The position numbers and the translations under genes were made by a program. Positions 33,273-40,000 of a DNA stretch of 40,000 bases are shown here, piece by piece. Each line of letters starts with the position of its first letter. Within the stretch, counting starts at the first letter, position 1. The notes beneath the pieces are model-generated. The model had not been told where the DNA came from and searched no databases. It worked only from the letters and a program-made list of their open reading frames with translations. Location of the stretch: sequence record NC_055889.1, one strand, 5' to 3'. The DNA is from an uncultured phage cr53_1.

Positions 33273-33339
33273 CACAGCCCTTACGTCTGATCTAGCCTGA
33301 TATGCTCCAGCTTTCTACGACATTAGCTTAGCCGTTGGA

Positions 33340-33620
33340 CTCTGTTATCACGCTGCGATACCAGTATAGTCCATTACATAACTTGTATTGCCAGTTATCT
33401 GCATATTGACCTATTCTACTTCACATTGTCGCTGTCAAATTCATTCAGCCCCATATGCGTTTCCTATCATTTTACTTCGAGGGAAACGCTAGCAATAGAA
33501 GTCACCTTAGACGTCATAGTGAGTGGAGCTGGAGGGGATCAAACCCTCGTCCATACGACTGATTCATAGACCTAACAGTCAATGTGGGTATACAACCGAC
33601 CAAAGTTGTATACCCTATGG
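33340..33620 (-). ncRNA. ssrA: Probable circularly permuted (two-piece) tmRNA: acceptor piece upstream of coding piece
   Basis: Acceptor piece ...GTATGGAC-GAGGG-TTTGATC-CCCTC-CAGCTCC-A ending at 33524; 71-nt intervening segment with GCGTTTCC/GGAAACGC hairpin; coding piece starts GGGGCTG-AATGAATTTGACAGCG at 33452. GGGGCTG pairs 7/7 with CAGCTCC; CAATGTG (33422-33428) pairs 7/7 with CACATTG (33580-33586). Tag-like frame ends TAT ACT GGT ATC GCA GCG TGA TAA. Confidence 0.75.
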
Positions 33621-33973
33621 TCTTGAGAATGGTTAGTTCTCTTATACTGATCTTGATAATACACGAATAATAGTTAAAGTATAGATACTTTAAGCGATTC
33701 AAAGATTCATATCATTCAGTCTAACTTGATGTCACGACTAAGGCGTTTCTCTATCTCTAGAGGACAATCTTATTGTCGCGATCTCAGACTTATGATCAGT
33801 AGTTCACGGTAGTTCCCCATAACTGATTTAAAAATTCTGTATGAGACCTGTTAATTCAGGTCTTTGTATGCCTCAGGCCCTAGAGTTCAAAAGAACTATT
33901 TCCGACTCACATACTATAGCTATTGATTCAAAGATTCTAAGCTTGGAACCTCTTTTATTTTGTTTGTTTTGAG

Positions 33974-34441
33974 TTAGCGACGATTTACACCAGGTACTAA
34001 CTCATCGTATGTCCACTGCCAGGAATCCGGGAAGATATCACGCAGTTCTTTTTGAGATTCGTCAATACTCTTACCGATTTCAATAAGGTCTTTATCGTAC
34101 TGCTTCTTCATCTCGCGAGCTTCTTTATCCCATGCGGACACAGGTTTATTTCCACTCTTGATATCTTCAGCAAGTGCAGATAATTCCTTCAGGTAGGTTT
34201 TAATACGTTGGTTTGTACGATTAGAACGGCGAACCTGCAATACCGCAGAGGATACTGTAAATTCACATTTCTGTACAATAGCAACTAACTCATTAGTTAG
34301 CTTCTCTTTGCGACGTTCAGCAATCTTCTCAGCTGCCTTGGTAGCAATGTCTTCAGTTACTTTACTAGAGTTAGCGATCACATCTTGGATGTTTTCTCCA
34401 TTTACCTCTTCTAAGAGGATGTTCATTTTCTTTTCTGCCAT
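33974..34441 (-). CDS. Hypothetical coiled-coil-like protein
   Basis: 155 aa highly charged ORF. Confidence 0.6.
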   Translation of the reverse strand: MAEKKMNILLEEVNGENIQDVIANSSKVTEDIATKAAEKIAERRKEKLTNELVAIVQKCEFTVSSAVLQVRRSNRTNQRIKTYLKELSALAEDIKSGNKPVSAWDKEAREMKKQYDKDLIEIGKSIDESQKELRDIFPDSWQWTYDELVPGVNRR

Positions 34442-34713
34442 TTTGAATACAGTTTAATTGATTTAACAATAAATTTATTTAACACTATAATATAATCTTA
34501 ATAAAAGAACAGTCGTCAAAATATCTCTTTTTAGCTTCTATTATAGCTACTGCTATAACATTTAGCCTTAATTTGATATCTTTATACTTATTCTTTTTAT
34601 GAATTTTTAGTGCTGCTTCTTTGCTACATCTACTAAAGTATGATATAGCTTCTAATCTTTTCTCCTCGTATAGAGTAGGAGTAATAACTATATTAGTCAT
34701 ATAATATGACATC

Positions 34714-35013
34714 TTAAGTAGTTTTAAGTGCTTGTCTACGCTCTCGATTTAATCGAATTTTACGTTGACGACAGCTTTCTCTTTCACCTGCTTTTATCAG
34801 CTTACGATTTTCATAAGCTGTCTCTCGTTTCTTACGATTTATAGATGTAAGAATAAGGTAATTAGTTACTCTTTGATGCTCTTTTTTTAAGTATGCTTCA
34901 AGTTTAGCTATTTCCTCTTTAGCCCAGTCAATATATTCTTATACTGGATTTTTGTTTAATTTTTCTAGCTCTATAAATTCTTTTAGAGCTTTTATACGTT
35001 TTGTTTTACTCAT
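34714..35013 (-). pseudogene. Small basic protein ORF interrupted by in-frame TAA at 34939-34941
   Basis: MSKTKRIKALKEFIELEKLNKNPV[TAA]EYIDWAKEEIAKLEAYLKKEHQRV...RRQALKTT in a single frame. Confidence 0.45.
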
Positions 35014-35240
35014 ATTTTTTGATAAATTTAAGCAATAATTAAAAAGAACTATCCTATTTATTTGTATCTCTTATTCATAGGTAACCCGTTTCCTTCATCA
35101 CTGACCAATAAATGGTTGACCGTTGTATAGTCCGTTGTACTCTTGAATAGCAGTCTAGCAACTGCTAAACTTCCATTAGGGATTTGGTTATAAATAGTTC
35201 TTTAGGTTGACTGAATCCACCATTTTACTAACAATTTAAA

Positions 35241-35387
35241 TTAGTAATATATAGTATTGAGTAGAGACTCTGGCGGGGTCTCTACTTCTTTACTATTCTT
35301 TGGTTGTATTCTGAGTTTACACTCATGAGTACATTCACTACAGTTGATGTGATTATCAAGTGTAGGACAATCATTGTTTACTTCCAT
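35241..35387 (-). CDS. Small Cys-containing protein
   Basis: MEVNNDCPTLDNHINCSECTHECKLRIQPKNSKEVETPPESLLNTIYY. Confidence 0.35.
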   Translation of the reverse strand: MEVNNDCPTLDNHINCSECTHECKLRIQPKNSKEVETPPESLLNTIYY

Positions 35388-35476
35388 GCTTTCTTACGAT
35401 TATAAGGCTCCATTTTCTTATGTTTTGGCTTCTTTTTGAATTCCTTTGGAGGTTCTTCATTATTCTTCTTTGCCAT
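35378..35476 (-). CDS. Very small highly basic protein (32 aa)
   Basis: MAKKNNEEPPKEFKKKPKHKKMEPYNRKKAWK; overlaps the start of the next small ORF. Confidence 0.3.
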   Translation of the reverse strand: MAKKNNEEPPKEFKKKPKHKKMEPYNRKKAWK

Positions 35477-35477
35477 A

Positions 35478-35945
35478 CTAGTAAAATTTAAATAGAGGAT
35501 TAATATCTCGTAATAACTCAGGTAATGCGGATAAACCGTATTCCTTTAGTACCTTACGATGTTCGTAATATGCGGCAGTAGTATTTACTTTAGCAATAAT
35601 ACTTACCGGAACACTAATAACTTCACGATTTTGTTGTACTAAGAACTTACATAGTTCTGAATTCAATAGCTCTCGTGTCTTAAGTGCAGGTGAACCAATA
35701 GACGCAATAATCTTCTTACAGAAGTCTTCTATTACTGGTATTTGTGGATTAGATGGTCTATCTACTGCTACATCAGTTGGAGTTAAACATTTAGCTATCA
35801 TGGCACTCATCACATCTTCATCTGATAAGATACTTACATCTACGTTCTTAGCATCTGTATTATTTGCTATATTTGATGCTAAAAATGTTACTAGTGTATG
35901 TTCATCTTTTATTTCTCCTTTAAATGTAATAATAATTGCTTTCAT
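35478..35945 (-). CDS. Hypothetical protein
   Basis: 155 aa ORF in the minus-strand gene run. Confidence 0.6.
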   Translation of the reverse strand: MKAIIITFKGEIKDEHTLVTFLASNIANNTDAKNVDVSILSDEDVMSAMIAKCLTPTDVAVDRPSNPQIPVIEDFCKKIIASIGSPALKTRELLNSELCKFLVQQNREVISVPVSIIAKVNTTAAYYEHRKVLKEYGLSALPELLRDINPLFKFY

Positions 35946-35962
35946 ACTTTACTTTTGATAAG

Positions 35963-36226
35963 TTATTTACTAGGAATGCTGATAGATACTTCTATCTCAT
36001 ATTCTTCTAATTCTTCAAATAGTTTATCAGTATTTGATTTACTGATAATTTCAATAGGTGGATTAACCTCTACTCTTTTACCTGGTACTGTTCTACATAG
36101 CTTTTTAGCTTGTTCTAATGATATACCAAGTACTTTAGTAGTAGCTAATAGATTTGCAAGATAGTGGTCGTTGCTGAACTTTATCTCAGTTAACTTACGA
36201 CCTTCTTTTACTTTATTGACTACCAT
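35963..36226 (-). CDS. Hypothetical protein
   Basis: 87 aa; ATG at 36226 overlaps the upstream TAG stop (ATGGTAG). Confidence 0.55.
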   Translation of the reverse strand: MVVNKVKEGRKLTEIKFSNDHYLANLLATTKVLGISLEQAKKLCRTVPGKRVEVNPPIEIISKSNTDKLFEELEEYEIEVSISIPSK

Positions 36227-36450
36227 TCTTCTTCATCTGAAATCAGATTCTCAAACTCAGTAAAGAAATTCTCTGGATCTTTACAGATAATTCTTGTATT
36301 ATCTGTCTCTATGACTACAATGTCTCCAAGTTTGTTATTGCGGCTCTGAGTTATGCTGTCAATATAATTAATATTGACTACCGCAGTTTTTGTTTCTTCA
36401 GTATCTGTAAAGCATTGCTCTACAAATAAAAAATCTCCAATCTTTTTCAT
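36220..36450 (-). CDS. Hypothetical protein
   Basis: 76 aa; ends ...GAA TGG TAG. Confidence 0.55.
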   Translation of the reverse strand: MKKIGDFLFVEQCFTDTEETKTAVVNINYIDSITQSRNNKLGDIVVIETDNTRIICKDPENFFTEFENLISDEEEW

Positions 36451-36859
36451 GTTTCTAAAAAATTTAAATTGTTAATAATGACGCCTGGGCACTCAGGATT
36501 TAATTAAGTTAGTGCCAACTTAGTTTATAGCATTTGTTATAAGACAAAGATAAACGACTACAATCGTTACTTACTATGACTCTCACTATAGTTTTAACTC
36601 ATAAGCAGAAATAGCTGTCAAACTAAATCTTATTGGAGTACATGGTTTTAACGTCCGCACGATCATATATACCATTTATTCTATCAATCCCGTTTTTTAC
36701 AGTTGCGCAATTAACCTGTATAAATGAGGATAAACGATAACCTTGCTGTATATACTTACGCCCCACATGCTTGTCATTTTCTGAGGACGTATACTCTATC
36801 TTCACAGACTGAGTATACTAGACTCTAATATTCATTTAAAACAGAAAGAAGGTTTGGTT

Positions 36860-37324
36860 TTAATTTTGAATAGAGTCATTTACAATCGTTGATATAACAT
36901 GAGTTTGTATAGAGTCATCAAGATATTTTTGAGCTCTTGCTCCAGATAGTACTGTGTTATACGTTGATGTGTTTGTTTCATATATGTAAATCATGTCTTT
37001 TATAGACAACGATGTACCATGTTGCATCAAAATATCAATTAGTACTACCTTTGGCATAGCTAAAAATACACTATCAACTCTTCTATCTTCTCTCATTTGC
37101 TCTCTCATATCGAGAATATCCTGTATTGTTGTTACAGGTTCCTCAATAATAACTTGAGGATCTTCTTGTACTTCTTCTTGGTTCACACCATTTAAGAAAT
37201 TAGCAATGTTTTCACGCTCTGCGTAAATTATTGCTCCCATCATGCCTATTAAGGCAAGAGTTATTAATACTACCCAAACTATTATTCTTGGCGGTTTAGG
37301 TCTCGCCATCATTTCATTTTCCAT
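36860..37324 (-). CDS. Membrane protein
   Basis: IIVWVVLITLALIGMMGAIIYAE transmembrane segment. Confidence 0.6.
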   Translation of the reverse strand: MENEMMARPKPPRIIVWVVLITLALIGMMGAIIYAERENIANFLNGVNQEEVQEDPQVIIEEPVTTIQDILDMREQMREDRRVDSVFLAMPKVVLIDILMQHGTSLSIKDMIYIYETNTSTYNTVLSGARAQKYLDDSIQTHVISTIVNDSIQN

Positions 37325-37349
37325 TTTGATAATGTTTTAAAATTAGTAA

Positions 37350-37718
37350 TTAATCTCCCCAAAACCAATCTTGGAGTAGTTCTTTAAAGTTTTCTATTAT
37401 GTAATTTCCATCCTCTCTTTCTTTTATCTTCAGAGATGTCCCGACAAGAGCACTGGAATAGTCCAACCCATAGTTAGAATACAAAAGGAACAAACCCGCA
37501 GATTTATTATATCCACTTCTTCTATATAACCAAGAATAGATGTAATAATAATCAAACTTGGGTTCCCAAGGTTTGTTATTGTTACTAATAAAGTTAAGAG
37601 CAGCTGTAATTGTACTAAGCTGTTCATACAGATTTAAATGCTTATCCTTATAAGTTCTAGGCTTTCTACCTATTACTCTACAAGCATCTTTGTAAGATTT
37701 AATTTCTTCTCTTTTCAT
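37350..37718 (-). CDS. Hypothetical protein
   Basis: 122 aa ORF. Confidence 0.5.
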   Translation of the reverse strand: MKREEIKSYKDACRVIGRKPRTYKDKHLNLYEQLSTITAALNFISNNNKPWEPKFDYYYIYSWLYRRSGYNKSAGLFLLYSNYGLDYSSALVGTSLKIKEREDGNYIIENFKELLQDWFWGD

Positions 37719-37737
37719 ACTTTTATTGATTAAAGTG

Positions 37738-38043
37738 TTACTTTATAGTATCTCCAACAAAATATACGTGATGATATAGATAGTACTTTACATATACAGT
37801 ACTATTTTGGTTTGTAATAGGATTACGTAATGTGAACTTATATTCTTCATCATTAGTAATACTTCTCTCTTTATTGACTAATATATAATTCTTGTACTTC
37901 ATTTGTAAATCTACAAAATTATATACAGTTTTGGACTCTTCGTATTCTCTTTTAATTAGAATGCCAACAATATATGTTATTATTGCTATTACTAATATTC
38001 TACTAATTCGATTTAGTTCATAATATTTAATTACTTTTATCAT
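37738..38043 (-). CDS. Small membrane protein
   Basis: ISRILVIAIITYIVGILI transmembrane segment. Confidence 0.55.
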   Translation of the reverse strand: MIKVIKYYELNRISRILVIAIITYIVGILIKREYEESKTVYNFVDLQMKYKNYILVNKERSITNDEEYKFTLRNPITNQNSTVYVKYYLYHHVYFVGDTIK

Positions 38044-38072
38044 AAATAGATTTTAATGTTAATTACTAATTG

Positions 38073-38155
38073 TACCCAGAGCGGGAGTCGAACCCGCACG
38101 ACCAATGGTCAAAGGTGTTTAAGACCTTAGCGTCTACCTATTTCGCCATCTGGGC
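38073..38155 (-). tRNA. tRNA-Leu(UAA)
   Basis: GCCCAGA...TGGCGAAATAGGTAGACGC...AAGGT-CTTAAAC-ACCTT...GCGGG-TTCGACT-CCCGC-TCTGGGT-A; long variable arm, anticodon TAA. Confidence 0.95.
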
Positions 38156-38741
38156 ATTTAAAATTATTAAACTTTAACTCGAGTATAAAGACTAAAATTT
38201 ATAAATAAATATTTAGGTGAATATTCCGATTTAGGAGTTTCATTAATATACTTGCATTTTGCATGCCATACTCCTTTTTCTACTATTTCATATATAGTGT
38301 CTTCATATTGGAATATATCTCCAACATTTAAATTTGATAGTTTTTTATACATATTTTTGATAGTTATTAAAGTTAATAAAAAGGTAGCTGTTAGTTTTCA
38401 TAGGTAAAACTGGAAGATTTTTTAGACCTATTACTTAACACACTCGCCACGTGAAGGCCAGCTTTTGAGTGCAATCAGTATATCTATATTCACATATAAA
38501 TATACTGACAACAGTACGCTTACTGTTATGCTTAATTAATCAATCTGTATAATTAAGAACGAACAATGATTAAATAAACAAATGGCAAATACTGTAAATC
38601 TAAGGACGGATAAACTTGGCTACATCACACTGTTGTTAGACTTGTGACCGATAATATTGTTAGGAATGATGTAGTTGTTCCTGATTTTAACGTCTGCACT
38701 AATACTCTATACATTTCAAGGATTGTTCTAATCCAGCTAGA

Positions 38742-38807
38742 GATATGAGCCCCACAGGATTGTTAAGGATTCTCACCTTAAAGATACCTAGCTACAGGTC
38801 AGCTAGG
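38742..38807 (-). repeat. Copy 1 of a two-hairpin/pseudoknot RNA motif
   Basis: CCTAGCT-loop-AGCTAGG; AAGG-TGAGAAT-CCTT; ...TGTGGGGCTCATAT with CTCA complementary to loop TGAG. Confidence 0.55.
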
Positions 38808-38952
38808 ATTTTTTGTATTACGCTACCCAGTCTTATAATGACTTGACTTGTTCGTATCCCGCAATACCGCAAATACGAACTATCTTTGATTTCATCTGCA
38901 CTAATATTAGATTATATAATAACATTTGCAACTATTATCATACATTGTCTAA

Positions 38953-39014
38953 ATATAAGCCCCACAAAGTTGATACTGATTCTCACAGTATAGATGCAGT
39001 AAATATTACTGCAT
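38953..39014 (-). repeat. Copy 2 of the same motif
   Basis: ATGCAGTAA-TAT-TTACTGCAT; ACTG-TGAGAAT-CAGT; ...TTGTGGGGCTTATAT with CTTA complementary to loop TGAG. Confidence 0.55.
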
Positions 39015-40000
39015 TAACTTATGAATAATATATTGTTATGGTATAATTATACCATATGGTTTTAATTTTTTTGCAATTTCATCTATCTTTGTTCGCGTAA
39101 TAGCCTTTTGTTTTATTTCCTGAGTCTTCCTTACGCTCCAATTTAGGTACGTCTGTACAAAGAATAGGTGTTTCAATAAGAATAGATAGTATGTTATTAA
39201 ACTGTTCCTCCGAACATACTTTAGACATTGCATCTATTAAATTACCTAATCATTGTGATTATTACTGATAATATACCTAATTCTGTGTCTTTATCCATAT
39301 ATGATTATTTATTTAGTTAATGATTGCTGTTTCGTCTTAATTTTCAAAGACTCATCAGGTATCTACAGATACGACAGCCCTCTTCTTATATATCTAGAAT
39401 AAGAAGAGGAGTTATTTAGTAATACACTATAATCCTTCCAAAGACTATATTATATTACAACGTTACTAACGTTCACTAAATTGTAGAGTAGCTAATTCTA
39501 CAATTTGCGACTGAATTCGTAATGGAAATGTTCTCTTATGAAGAACTTACTTATCAGCTAGACTTATTGTTCAAGTGTCTTACTCTTGGCAACTCCTACT
39601 TAATTTAAAATTCATAGGTTTTAAATAAGATATTCCAAGTAATTAACAGATATCTGGAGCATTATTTTACACCATTGGTTTTTCACGTTGGTTGCTCGTT
39701 TTTGGTCTTACTCATATATACATTTGACCATTATGCATACATGCTACTTCTTACTCTCTGAGCGAGTTTGCGATTCTCAGATTTCATATTTTCTATTACC
39801 GCGTAGTTGGCTAAATTAGAAGAGCCTGCTATAATTATTAAATTATAACATAGTGCATCAAAGTGATAACGTTGCACTCACGTTTTATCTATTCTCTTCT
39901 TCTGATGCTGTTGAAAGAGATAGAATGCATTTTACACCTAAAACTTATATCGCAAGGAGTATATTCGCCCTCACATGCGTAACCTATAAGAAACTGGTGC

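Noticed and set aside
33514-33702. 62 aa minus-strand ORF (MNRLKYLYFNYYSC...)
   Set aside because: TTG start, no domain, and it overlaps the tmRNA acceptor piece; the RNA interpretation explains the sequence better.
38813-39028. 71 aa + strand ORF
   Set aside because: TTG start, antisense to the local gene direction, and it overlaps the repeated RNA motif.
1-40000. CRISPR array, transposase, integrase or toxin-antitoxin genes
   Set aside because: No regularly spaced direct repeats and no recognisable proteins of those families seen in this window.

Overview
This window looks like part of a crAss-like (Crassvirales-type) phage genome. I base this on gene content and layout, not on a database search. 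The + strand (1-12094) carries two giant late-type ORFs. Each is open only if TAG is read as an amino acid, and TAA ends both. The first contains a DFDID motif that fits a phage RNA polymerase catalytic DxDxD motif; the second contains an HExxH zincin motif. A strong bidirectional terminator-like hairpin (12097-12124) separates them from a minus-strand block: PD-(D/E)XK nucleases, metallophosphoesterase, primase, Sak4-like ATPase, DnaB-like helicase, family B DNA polymerase split by a group I intron with an HNH ORF, an ECF-type sigma factor, and many small proteins. In that block TAG looks like a genuine stop in several overlapping gene pairs, so the window seems to switch code between strands. 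The most unusual content is RNA: (i) a probable circularly permuted tmRNA (about 33340-33620) whose tag frame ends GNTSYVMDYTGIAA-stop-stop; (ii) a tRNA-Lys(UUU) split in its anticodon loop by a ~485-nt insert that is almost entirely an HNH ORF; (iii) a ~2 kb ORF-free, hairpin-rich segment (25840-27900), a candidate very large ncRNA; (iv) a structured ~295-nt intergenic RNA (15669-15964) ending in a minimal tRNA-like element; (v) two covarying copies of a small pseudoknot-like RNA motif (38742-38807 and 38953-39014). All identifications come from reading motifs and base pairing by eye; no search or folding program was run.
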